Position numbers and translations under genes: made by a program. Shown piece by piece: positions 1 through 12,776 of a stretch of DNA of 64,000 nucleotides (the first letter of the stretch is position 1; every line of letters begins with the position of its first letter). The notes below the pieces were generated by a model. That model saw nothing but the letters and a program-made list of their open reading frames with translations, had not been told where the DNA came from and did no database searches. This DNA is from Azolla caroliniana (lineage: Eukaryota; Plantae; Polypodiophyta): the NCBI GenBank assembly GCA_043228905.1, contig JBHGNT010000001.1, positions 34,658,001-34,722,000 on the forward strand. Direction: 5' to 3'.

Positions 1-450
1 CAAGACATTTCCAACATGGATCGATCTAGGACGGATATTTTCAAAAGCTATGAAATTACATCTCTACGAACACACTGCAATCTTTTAAGGTCTCATAATC
101 AAGTATCGTTGTAGTTCACTTTCATAAAATGCCACGCCACAACGAGAATAGTAGTGAATAGATATGTAGGAGTAATTTGTTTTGGTTTCCTCATTGCCAT
201 ATAGAGTTCCGTCAAGCTTTCGATAAAAATGGACCTACTAATGAAGCGAGGATGATGCCACGTAGTTTAATCGTTCCATTTCACTTCATTTTCTCGTAGA
301 TCAAGCAAGCAAACTATTGTGGAGTCCCATGGCGTGGAGATTAAGGATGGCGTGGCGGGAGACATGTGAAAGGATTAGGGACTCGGAACGTGTCAACGAG
401 ATCCCCACCCACTGGGTCTAGACGGACGGACGGACGGATGGACGTGGCCG

Positions 451-485
451 GGTTTGAGGGTTTAGGGTTTAGGCCCTAGGGTTTA
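451..485. promoter_or_regulatory. Cluster of degenerate telomeric repeats (telo-box-like, TTTAGGG) upstream of the BAHD gene
   Basis: Sequence ggtttgagggtttagggtttaggccctagggttta, next to a (GACG)n run at 421-443. Confidence 0.45.
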
Positions 486-876
486 CAGAACACCGACGAC
501 GACGTTGACGGAGGATAACTCCATAAACTACGTATTTACGTATTTATTTGATTCGAAATAATTTTGGCGACATTCCATTATTTTCGCGGCGACTGGTTAG
601 GTGAGAAAAAATCAAATAAATTCAAACCAAAAAACAAAGGAGCAGGCGACAGAGAGACAGATCAGAGAAAGACTCTGAGAGAGCTGGCCATCGCCATCGC
701 TCATCACACAGAATATCGAAGGAAGCTAACGCCCCCTTTAACTCACCGCTCGCCGTATGCGCATTCGCCTATCATCTTCATCACCATCGCCATAGCCTCA
801 CAGTGTGAAGCACTGCACAGGCTTGCGATCATCTCTAACTGAAATCTAGAGAACCATCTTTTCCATCGCTGTCTCC

Positions 877-2880
877 ATGGGCTCTCAAGGTGAAGCTTCA
901 CCATCCCCTCTCCCTCTCAAATTATCTCCCATCGAAACCATCCTTCCATCTCAAAACACAGACTCGACTCCCATCCCGCTCTCTCTGATCGACCACTGCC
1001 TTGCCTACGTCGTGGACACAGTCTACTTCTATCCTAAGCCTATCGAAGGTTGCCACCATCGCCACGAGCTCGTCCCCAAGCTTCGCCAAGCCCTCTCGGA
1101 GATACTCGTCCCTTATCATTTCCTTGCGGGGAGGCTAGCTCAGAACCCCAGCAATGGGATGTTAGAGCTGGATTGTGGGAGGCAGGGAGCCGTCTTTGCC
1201 TCGGCCTCCTGCGAGCTAGCTATGGCCGACCTCGGAGACGTCACATTCCCTAACCCTGCATTTCGTGGCTTGGTCCTGCAGCCACCTCTGCAGAACGCCG
1301 GCGCTGCCAAGATGACAGACGCCCCCCTCCTCATGATGCAGGTAAAAAAAGTATTTACATATATACGTAGATTCATGGGACTGTGAGAGGGCTATACATA
1401 TATACTTAGTTCCCAATCTTTCTTCTCCTCCACAATTCTCTCAGAAATCCATGGAAGCTCCTCGGAGCTATATGTACGTAGTTTAGCCATTGCTTCTCTA
1501 GGAGCAAACTGATCTCCACTCACTCTGAGAAGTTATGCGTCCTATGGTTCCTCCGTGTAACCTCCATCTCCGTCTCTTGTCGTTCGTTCGTTTTTTCCGA
1601 GTACTTGGCCACACCACACACAGTTGCTCTGACATGAGAAGTAAATATAACCATGATTGATTGTTTTGCAGGTAACAGAGTTCAAGTGTGGTGGCTTCAC
1701 CATCGGTTTCTCCATGAATCATGCTGTTTTCGACGGGCAAGGTGCCTTGGAGTTCGTCATGAACTTTGCGTCTCTGTGCAGGGGAGATGGGCTGGTTCTC
1801 GAGCCGAGGCCCCATGACCGAGCTCTCCTCATGCCCCGAAACCCTCCTCGAGTCTCATTCCAACACCCGGAGGTCATCAAGCCCTGCGACATCCCCAAGG
1901 ATAACCCATTCACCACCGCCGACCTTGCAGACCTCGACTTCTCTGCCATGAAGCTCTCACAGTCCCACGTCTTCAAGAGCTTCCCTGTTTCTGCAGACAT
2001 GCTCAACAAGCTGAAGCAAGCTGCCTTGACGAAGCCCCGCGATAAAGATGCCGTTAACGGTGATACTAATGGTGATGGCTATGGGTCCGTTCATGTTACC
2101 AAGTGCTCATCTTTCGACGCCATCGCTGCGCACGTGTGGCAAGCACGCACGAAAGCCATCGACACAGGCAACTCGGATGAATCCACCCCTGCCAAAGCTC
2201 TGTTTGCTGTTGATATCCGGAAGCGAGTCCAGCCCCCGCTTCCTGCTGGATTTGTGGGTAATTTGTTCTCTCCACACCCCTCCCTATCCCTACCTCTGTC
2301 TCTCCATTTGTGGAACCGGAAGAACCTCTGCGTGATCTTTTTGTCCAGAATCTAGTGTAATTGGAAGCTTGATCTTGTCCATAGATTGTGTGAATGAATT
2401 CCATCTTTGAGTTTCTGTTTGATGCATTTTGTTCGGATATGTACCAAAGCATAACCGGGTAGCATATTTTTTTTTGTTTCATTGGGGGAACCTGCAGGGA
2501 ATGCGATTCTCTCAGGATTTGCAAGTGTACCTGCGAAGGCACTGAAGGAAGGCAGCTTGGGTTATGCCGTGAAGAAGATACAAGAGGCCGCTGACACCCT
2601 CACCGATGAGTACATTCGGTCGGCCATTGATTTTGGTGCCGTCCATGGTGGCGGAGTCCCGAACCTTCCGGGCGGGATCTTCTTGTCCGCATGGTGGAAG
2701 CTCCCCTTCTTCCTAATCGACTTCGGCTTTGGGAAGCCTGTCTATGCTGGCCCTGTCATCAATGCCATGGTAGAATTTGTTCTGCTCCTGTCCAATGGCA
2801 CCCAAGAAGGTCTCAATGTCTACATTGCCCTTGAACCTCCCCAAATGGAGAAGTTTGAAAGACTCTTGTATGAGATCTAA
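877..2880 (+). CDS. BAHD (HXXXD-type) acyltransferase, about 477 aa; exons 877-1341, 1672-2257, 2498-2880
   Basis: Motifs YHFLAGRL, QVTEFKCGGF, catalytic HAVFD (HxxxD) and C-terminal DFGFG. GT-AG junctions keep the frame (1434 nt). The first intron falls after the Q just upstream of HxxxD, the conserved BAHD Q-intron position. Substrate cannot be read from the sequence. Confidence 0.95.
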
Positions 2881-4261
2881 GGCTTTTTATTATTAGATTT
2901 TTGCTGGAGGCTCTGCGTCTATCTCTCTTTTGTCTTTTGTAGGCTTTGCATTTTGATGGTTTGAGTGGCATTGGTTTATTATGTTGCCGAATCATCAAAC
3001 GAGTCGAATTCAATCAATAATAGTATTCTTTTTTGGTGGATTCCATGGAGATAAAATATTTGTAGATGATTTATGAACCGTTTTTGGGGCTTTTGATTTG
3101 TTCTCGATTACCGACAGTATGTATTAATATTCATATTATACTAAACCCTTATTAGAAAGGAGCGCAGCATGGAAAATTGGTTCCTTATGGAGATCTAAAG
3201 ATTGTAAAACAAAACATGAATGGAGTACATACTAGATTAGGTAAATCCCCTCTATTGTTAATCTAACGTGTAGAACTTGTAGAGAGAGATCTTATTATGT
3301 TAGTCATAGGTCAAACATGATGACCCCACGGGACAAGAAAAATGCATGTGAAAGTTAGCAGCGGCTATTAAGAACCTTTTTCTAAGCTATTAAATTTAAA
3401 TAAATAGGATAGGAGGAACCCAATCCTCTTGATCATTCTCAAATGGCAATCATTGAAATTTAGCAAAGTTACCACCATTGTCCAATATTGGTAGATATTA
3501 GGATGGGTAGTGTTCGTGGCGCTGAAAGCTTAGCTTGTATGTTTCACTTGCATGTTTCACCATCGGAGTCTATGGGTAATGTGTCTATGTGTGTAGCTAG
3601 GCCTATTATGTACACATATTTTCAAGCCCTTGGAATAGGTCTGCCTATTTAAAAGATTCTCCATCCATCGTTTTTATGATCATGATAGTGCATGCTCATA
3701 GCATTCCCCCTATATCACATTAATCCCTTTCAAAATACCCTTCTCTTATGTTTTGTGAATATTAGTGATGACCTTCACCTAAGTTATGCATACATAACAA
3801 CTCTCTCAACGCGGATGGACACTATGGCTTTGATAGAAATGTGTGCAACTATGGGGTTGGGTTGAAGATATGTGGAAAGCATAGTTGAATGTGATCAAAG
3901 GCATCACATTATACCAACGTGTGATACTCAGAACTCTCAAACTTTTAGAACAAAATGTGCATAGTCAATTAGCCTCATCACCTTTGCCTCAATTAAATGC
4001 CTTGTCTCAAATTGAAGCTTATGTGAACTAAGTTGCATGAAGCTAATGGTTTTGGATGGTAGACATGTATGAGAAAAATGTAGTTAGTTGACTTGGTGAC
4101 TTTGTTTTTGAGAAATAGCATCATGGATTGAACATCTATACTCCATAAGGCAATTATAGAAAATTGGCGAGCTTAATGAAATTTGTGTATGAGCTACTTA
4201 AAAATGGCTTAATTGCAGGGTGGTATTACCAAGACACAAAAATATGGTCTCATATATATAT

Positions 4262-4308
<47 letters not shown>

Positions 4309-5029
4309 AAAGTTGTCTAATCTAGAGGAGAGGATTACATGTTAAACCCCTACATCCTACACCATCATATTTTAAAGGGTAATGGCAAAGCACAAAAATG
4401 TCCCCTAACTTGTGGGGTATTGTACAAGAATAATCATAAGATGTAGTAAAAGATAAACTCATCATAGTAAATTCTTAGAATGCGAGGGGATTCATTAAGT
4501 ATGTAAAAAACTAAGGGTGTTTAGTAGTTACGTCCCCCCTTTTTCCCTTTGTATAAGTGATATGAAACTTACTTGTACGGGTCAATATACATGGCTTACC
4601 ATGAGCCAACACGATGAGAAAACAAGATGTGGTACAAGCATGATGCAACAAAAGATTGATGGGGGGAGGGGGTGCAGGCCCAATACGATGAGAGGTTGAT
4701 AGTGTTTATTTGGTTATTTATTTTTTACTGGCATATGAATGAATGAGACTAGAGAGGCAGATGAAGGGCCAACAACGAGAAGTGTGTGGGTGTGGGTGTG
4801 TCCTCCCCCATAGGGTGTCCAAAACCTTAGGACTAGAAAAGTTTGTTCTTTTGGGGTGGGGGATATTTTTTTGGTTTGTGTGGTTCTGATGGTCTTTGCT
4901 TGTCAAATAAATTAAAAAACAAAAACAAAAAAAACCTAAAGTTACTGAAGCAAAACAGAATGAAAGAAAAATGTGAAATTTAATATTTATTTTGTTGGTG
5001 GTAGAGGAACGAAGCAAGCCAGTGACCGC

Positions 5030-5050
5030 CCAATGGGAACACGCCACGTG
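5030..5050 (+). promoter_or_regulatory. CCAAT box plus G-box (GCCACGTG) in the CHLH proximal promoter
   Basis: CCAAT at 5030-5034 and CACGTG at 5045-5050, about 175 bp upstream of the ATG and followed by a pyrimidine-rich Y-patch. G-boxes are known HY5/PIF sites in light-regulated chlorophyll genes. Function here is inferred. Confidence 0.55.
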
Positions 5051-5222
5051 TATGACCCTATCCATCCTCCTCTCTATTTCTTCCTCTTCGATTTCTTCTT
5101 CTTCGATTTCCTTTCATCTTCTCTGCTCTCCCTCCCTCCGCTCTGTGTCTCTCTCTACAGAGCCTCCAACTAGAACACTGCGTTTCCCTCTTTCTTTTGG
5201 CTGAGCTTTGTTTCGTCGAGCT

Positions 5223-5310
5223 ATGGCGCCCGTGCTGGCCCCATCCTATCAGCTGTGTTGTGTTCCCTATCGCCAGAACTCTAGACCCATCATGTCTTCT
5301 CTACCAGGTA

Positions 5311-5369
<59 letters not shown>

Positions 5370-8300
5370 ATGTGTTCTCTCTATTTCTCTGTTCCTCCCT
5401 AATGCTCTGTTTCTATATCTCTGCTTATTCTCTCCAAATCTCTGCCTATTCATTCTCATGCTCTGTTGATCTCTCCTTCTCTCCAATACTCTGCCTGTTT
5501 GTTTTCTCTCCCCCCCATACCTCTCATTATGTAAACCCTAATTATCTTTTACTTTTGTTATTACCTGTAGGAATTTCTCGAGCATTCTATGAGGGTTTGC
5601 GTCAATCCAACAATGTGGATTTATTAATGGGCACCCTGGTGAGCTATTCGAACTCAATAAAAAAATTGGCGATTTTTTTTAGCTCGTAAGCTCAAAAAAT
5701 TCAGAAAAATTGGTCATTTTTTAGCTCTAAATGTTCATGCAATTCAGGCACCTGGGTTGTTTTTTGAGCTCATAAATCTTGTAGTTCAGAAATTTCGCTC
5801 ATTTTTGAGGTCAAAATAATGCCCACACTATACAGGCCATTTTTGAGCTGAAAAGTTATCACAGCAAACATTTTGTCATTGTTTTGAGCTCATGAAGTGA
5901 ACCTAACTTCCTCTTTTATATGTGAACGTATAGGAACACCGCCTTCTTCCTAAATCTAGCCTCGGATGCCGAGCTTTCCGACAGGTATAAAATAATGAGG
6001 AAACTATCCTTTCTTCTCCATATTTCTTCATTTCAATCTTTTGATTCTTTCAGTACTTTAACATTGTAATGATGTCTTTTCCACTAAATAGACCACGTCA
6101 GCTGTGCTTGCTGGTGAAGAGAGTGTTATTGGCCAGGGTATGTTCACACAGACTCGTCCCGATGTTAGAAGGGTCTCTCCCCAAGGGAAAAACCCTAATG
6201 TAACGGTTGTGAAAGTTGTATATGTGGTCTTGGAAGCACAATATCAATCCTCACTCTCTGCTGCCGCAAATAACATCAATAGAACAAGCAAATCAGTGAA
6301 TTTTGAACTAGTTGGCTACCTTTTAGAAGAATTGAGAGATAGCGCCAACTATGAGATGTTCAAGAAAGATATGGCTGAAGCTAATATCTTCATAGGATCA
6401 CTCATCTTTGTTGAGGAGCTTGCCCAAAAAGTGAAAGCTGTAGTTGATGTTGAAAGGGAACGGCTGGATGCTATCCTTGTCTTCCCTTCCATGCCTGAAG
6501 TGATGAGGCTCAATAAGCTTGGTACGTTCGATTTATCTCAACTTGGGCAATCAAAGAAGAGTTCTTTGTTTAAAGCTTTGAAAAAAAATGGTAACTTTGA
6601 GGAGAATCTGCTGAAGATCGTCCGCACTCTACCCAAGTTGTTGAAGTTACTACCTCTTGATAAAGCACAAGATGCTCGAAGATATGTGATGAGCCTTCAG
6701 TTTTGGCTAGGAGGATCCTCGAGCAACCTCGAGAATTTCCTTAAGATGATAGCTGGAGCATATGTTCCTGCTCTCAAGGCGACTGGCCTCGACTACGATG
6801 ACCCTGTCACTTTCATTGATGTTGGGATCTGGCATCCAATGGCCCCTCGGATGTTCGACGATGTGGGTGAGTACATGAATTGGTATGGCACAAGAAGAGA
6901 TGCCAATGCAAAGCTTAAGAGCCAAGATGCACCCGTCATCGGACTCATATGCCAGAGAAGCCACATTGTCACAGGTGATGATAGCCACTATGTCGCAGTT
7001 GTAATGGAGTTGGAATCAAGGGGTGCAAAAGTGATTCCGATCTTCTCTGGAGGGCTTGACTTCTCTGGGCCTGTTCAGAGGTTTTTCTGTGATCCTGGAA
7101 CTAAGAAGCCATTGGTGCAATCAGTAGTTTCTCTAACAGGATTTGCTCTTGTTGGCGGTCCAGCTAGTCAAGATCATCCTCGGGCGATTGAGGCTCTTCG
7201 TAACCTTGGTGTTCCGTATCTTGTAGCTCTCCCACTTGTGTTCCAATCTACTGATGACTGGTTAGGTAGCAGCCTAGGATTGCATCCTGTACAAGTGGCA
7301 TTGCAGGTTGCTCTTCCTGAACTTGATGGAGGACTTGAGCCCATTATATTTGCCGGTCGTGATGGTCGGACAGGTTCGTTGAAAGTTTCTTTTTCTTGAC
7401 CATTCACTATTTTAAAATTTGGCTTCCAGGCGGCCATATGTAGGAAAGCTTCATGTTATTTTGTTAGAAGATATATTTTGTTGTTTGAGTGACTTGGATC
7501 CTGGTTATATGTAGGGAAATCGCATGCTTTACATAAGCGTGTTGAGCAGCTATGTACCCGGGCTATCAGGTGGGCTGAACTCAAAAGGAAAACAAAGGTA
7601 TGTTGATTGTTCTTTTGGCCCTTCAGTTAGTGATCCTTTATGTCCTGCTATGGATCCCTTAGATACTCTCCTTCGCTACTAGAATAATTCTGACAAAAGA
7701 AAGCACTGATGATCTTGTAAAACTATATAGACATTAACAAAATGATAACTAAGGTACAGTTGCTACTTTTAGGTCCAATAATTCTAATCGTGTCAGATAG
7801 TATGAATCTTGACAAAAATGTATTGTATAGTTGCTTCTTTTGTATGGATCTTGAACATCCACTAAGGTATATGTACTCCTTTTAGCCTACTACAAGTGAT
7901 CTTTTAAATTATATGGATGTTGACAAAAACTAAGGTATAGAATTAAGTTGTATGAATACTGACTAAAAATTAGGATAGGTTCTAGATATCCTGTAATATT
8001 GTACAGATAATGAGGTATAGAATTAAGTTGTATGAATACTGACTAAAAACTAGGATAGGTTCTAGATATCCTGTAATATTGTACAGATATTGACTAACCT
8101 GCTATGGACATTGAATAACTGCTGCTTATATTTTTTCCAGGCTGAGAAGAAGCTTGCTATCACTGTGTTTAGTTTTCCTCCTGACAAAGGAAACGTGGGA
8201 ACTGCTGCCTACCTTGATGTATTTGCTTCAATATTCAGTGTGCTCAAAGGGCTGAAGAAAGATGGATACAATGTCGAGGGTTTGCCTGAAACAGCACAAG

Positions 8301-11247
8301 GTCTCATAGAGGAGATCATCCATGACAAAGAAGCAAAGTTTAACAGTCCTGACTTGAACATTGCATACAAAATGCCAGTCCGGGAATATGAAAGGCTTAC
8401 TCCGTACTCGAAATTACTGGAGGAGAATTGGGGGAAAGCACCTGGTAATCTTAATTCTGATGGGCAAAATCTTCTCATTTATGGTAAGCAATTTGGCAAT
8501 ATATTCATCGGCGTACAACCCACATTTGGCTATGAAGGCGATCCGATGAGGTTGCTCTTTGCAAAATCTGCTAGTCCTCACCATGGATTTGCAGCCTATT
8601 ACACTTTCGTAGAGAACATATTTGGAGCTGATGCACTTCTCCATTTTGGAACTCATGGCTCATTGGAGTTCATGCCTGGAAAGCAAGTTGGAATGAGTGA
8701 TGTTTGCTACCCAGACAGCTTGATTGGAAATATTCCAAACATCTACTATTATGCTGCCAATAACCCATCTGAGGCCACTATTGCAAAGCGGCGGAGCTAT
8801 GCTAACACTATTAGTTACCTTACCCCTCCAGCAGAGAATGCGGGTTTGTACAAAGGGCTGAAGCAACTCAGCGAGCTGATATCCTCCTACCAATCCTTGA
8901 AAGATTCAGGTAGGGGTGAACAGATTGTTAGCAGTATTATAAGTACGGCAAGGCAATGTAATCTTGACAAAGATGTACAACTTCCTGAAGAGGGGGCGGA
9001 GCTAACCGCTGATGAGAGGGATGGGATAGTTGGGAAAGTATATGGAAAAATCATGGAGATTGAGTCTAGGCTTTTACCATGCGGTCTGCACATTATTGGT
9101 GAGCCACCAACTGCAATGGAAGCAATAGCAACTCTTGTTAACATTGCTGCCTTGGATAGGGCAGATGATGGTATCTTTGGACTGCCGACAATTCTGGCTG
9201 AGTCCATTGGCAGAGATATCGAGGAGATCTACAGGAACAACAATAATGGAGTTCTTGAGGATGTTGAGCTTTCGAAAGAGGTCACGGATGTGTGCCGAGC
9301 TGCAATCACAGCATTTGTAGAGGAGACAGTTAACAAGAATGGTCAGGTAGTTAATGTCATGGACAAGCTAGGGTCTCTCTTTGCTGTTCCAAAGAAGGCC
9401 CCATGGGTTTCTGTGGTTCAAAAAACCCAATTCAAGAATGCTAGTAGGGAGAAGATGAGAACACTCTTTGAGTTCTTGGGTGAGTGCTTAAAACAAGTTG
9501 TGGCCAATTATGAAGTTTCAAGCTTGGAAGATGCATTAGAAGGGAAGTATGTAGAACCTGGACCTGGTGGAGATCCGATCCGGAACCCTAAAGTTTTGCC
9601 CACTGGAAAGAACATTCACGCCCTTGATCCACAATCTATACCGACTGTTGCTGCGATGCAATGTGCAAAGACAGTGGTAGATAGGTTGTTAGAAAGGCAA
9701 AAAACAGAGAATGGAGGAAAATTCCCCGAGACCATTGCACTTGTATTATGGGGAACTGATAACATAAAGACTTATGGTGAATCACTTGCACAAGTGTTGT
9801 GGATGCTAGGTGTGGAACCAAAGCCTGATGCCCTTGGACGTGTCAACAAGGTGGAGCCTGTGCCTCTTGAAGAATTAGGGCGACCTAGAGTAGATGTGGT
9901 TGTGAATTGCTCTGGAGTCTTCAGAGATCTCTTCATCAATCAGGTATGGGTTTTAACAAGAAAACCGGGAATTTACTACGAACTCTATGCTAACTTTAAT
10001 GAAGCGGGAAAAGAGTTAGCTCAATATCTATTACTTACGGATTTTGTAAAATAAATATTCACCCAATCATCTATATTCAGGGAATCCTTGAGGTTCCTTA
10101 TTTTTAACTCAAAGATTCCTGTTCTGGTGTGAGACCCCTCCTAAGATCATATCACACAACAAACAATTCGGTCTCATCCATAAAATGTGTCCCAGGAAAA
10201 AAATACTTGCTTCAGGTTTTGGGTCAAGGTTTTAGATTTTAGGGTATAACCTTTATAAGCTTCCCATTTGTGTATGAGCTCCTCAGGATCATATTAAGAA
10301 TGGACAGTTTGTTCTCCATCCACGAAATGTGCCCCATTTATAATTTTGAAATAAACTGAGTTCTTATTTTATGTCCTCTTGTTTTGCAGATGAATCTGCT
10401 TGATAGAGCTGTGAAAATGGTTGCGGAACTAGATGAGCCAACCGAGATGAACTTTGTAAGGAAACATGCCTTAGAGCAAGCGGAGAAGGCTGGCATTCCA
10501 CTAAGGGAGGCAGCAACTCGTATATTTTCAAATGCATCAGGTTCATACTCGGCAAATATAAGCTTAGCTGTGGAGAACTCATCATGGGAAGGCGAGCAAC
10601 AACTTCAAGAAATGTATTTGAAGAGGAAATCATTTGCATTCAACTCAGATGCACCTGGCAGCGGAATGGAAGAGAAAAGACAAGTTTTTGAGATGGCCCT
10701 TGCCACGGCTGACGCAACGTTTCAAAACCTCGATTCATCAGAGATCTCGCTAACTGATGTGAGTCACTACTTCGATTCCGATCCAACTAAACTTGTCCAA
10801 AACCTAAGGAAAGACAAGAAGAAAGTGAGCTCTTACATTGCCGATACCACCACAGCGAATGCACAGGTGAGGAGCTTAGCTGAGACTATGCGTCTTGATG
10901 CAAGAACGAAAATGCTCAACCCTAAGTGGTATGAGGGCATGCTAAGAAGTGGGTATGAAGGTGTGAGGGAGATAGAGAAGAGACTTACTAACACGATGGG
11001 ATGGAGTGCTACCTCTGGGCAGGTGGACAATTGGGTTTATGAGGAAGCTAACTCCACGTTCATTGCAGATGAGGCTATGCAAAAGAGGCTTCTTGATACC
11101 AACCCTAACTCATTCCGGAAGCTCGTTCAAACATTCCTAGAGGCAAACGGCCGTGGGTATTGGGATACATCTGAGGAAAACATTGAGAAGCTCCGACAAC
11201 TCTATGCGGAAGTTGAAGATAGAATTGAAGGAGTAGATAAAGCCTAA
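5223..11247 (+). CDS. CHLH: Magnesium chelatase subunit H, chloroplastic, about 1409 aa; exons 5223-5307, 5571-5638, 5934-5984, 6092-7373, 7515-7597, 8141-9943, 10390-11247
   Basis: Signature segments [79 protein letters not shown] and [10 protein letters not shown]. All junctions are GT-AG and the phases add up to 4230 nt. The three small 5' exons are less certain than the rest. Confidence 0.97.
7933..8093. repeat. Two-copy 80-bp tandem duplication in CHLH intron 5
   Basis: aggtatagaattaagttgtatgaatactgactaaaa...gtacagata starts at 7933 and again at 8013, nearly identical. Confidence 0.9.
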
Positions 11248-12776
11248 TTGTAGAGGGAGTTTATCCCTCTATAAAGCTCAACAAGCTCAAGTTGAGATTG
11301 TGAGAGATAGAGAGAGGAGATCCATGATCGGCAGTACCCCGTCATCCCTCTTTCTTCTTCAATTATTGTCTTGTAATTCTTTTCATCTCATAACATTTCT
11401 TTGATTTACCCCTTGTAGATGATTTCTCCATTTCTTCAATAATCAAACAATTTGGCATTTTCTCAATTCCCATCTTTGGCATTTTCAGAAAGCCAAGTTT
11501 GTCTACTTTGTATTAATGTTACCATCAATATTCATCCTTGTAAGAAAGCATGTTTGCATTTGAGATCGACTTGATATGGATACAGATATACATGTATTCT
11601 ACAGATAGGTATATATATGTTGACTTTTCAAATGAGATTGACATGTAACCATTACTTGATTTTGTTTAGCAGTCGTGTTTGGTAGTGCTCAAACTGCACA
11701 TTCAGTCTTAGTGATGATGGACATTTGTCGTGGGGACAGTTAATTAACTCCCTCTATCTTAGGCAGACTTTGTAGGGACAACGATCATTAAGTTATTTGA
11801 GCTAGGTGCTTATGCGCCCTCATAATAACGAATAACTTAGCATTGATCTCTTAGTTAACTTGATGAAGAGGAGAATTTGACACTTTCAGAGTACAAGAGA
11901 GTAATACATAAACTTATTTGTGGATGGTTGGGGAGAGTGTATCAAGAAGCGAGTTAGGCTAAGCTTAGATCTCTCTCTCTCTCTCTCATAAGGATATACA
12001 ATAAGTATAGGATTCTCTTAACCAATTGTCTTCACTAACAACAATGTTGAACAAAAAGCTTTTTTTTCCTGAACCAACCTCATATTCATGTTAGACGCCT
12101 TATGCAGACTGAGGGTAATGACAGACCAATCATTGCGTACCCATGATGAAGTAATATACTCCCCTTACACTAAGGGTCAAATGAATCTTACACAACTAAA
12201 ATGAAGGGTCACTGGTTAATGGTGACTAATTAAAGAACCACTAGTTAAAGGTAACTAATTAAAGGACCACGAATTAAAGATTACTTTTGTTGCAATGGCC
12301 AAATTATAAAACGGTTCTCTTGAGCTATCAAGTTCTTCATTGATTATCTACAGCCAAATTATAGAATAATAACGTCTGAATGAAATTCTTGATCCTTGAT
12401 AATGGTTTTATTGAATATGTATCAAGTTGCAAACGAGAATCAATTCATGAGTTGAACATAAAATCACTCACGTACAATTTCACAGACTGGGCAACTATCT
12501 GTAAGATAAAATAAGACCTAATGTCTATATACAGCCGAACTATACCTTTGTAAGATGAGCATCAAATAGGTGCAACGGGATAATTCTTTTGTTTCTAATT
12601 TTCTCTATTTATAATACATATGAAGCGGATACAAACAGGTGCTGCCCTTACATTATACAGAGGAGTTCATGGATTACTCATGAGGCAATGGAGTAAAGCA
12701 TCCATATGGCAATCTTCTCTACATGAATTAGGATTTAGGGTTAACAAATGAAGTAACAACCTTAGGTTATATTTCA

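Noticed and set aside
3511-3799. TGTT...AACA segment with a TATA-like CCTATTTAAA as a possible solo LTR
   Set aside because: No target-site duplication, PBS or second copy in the window, so it cannot be supported.
5197-5486. ORFs with LSLSLS or ERERER runs (also near 19746 and 58132)
   Set aside because: They are translations of (CT/AG)n microsatellites.
12209-12280. Short ~29-bp repeats that superficially resemble a CRISPR array
   Set aside because: Two and a half abutting degenerate units with no spacers, no cas genes and a plant nuclear context.
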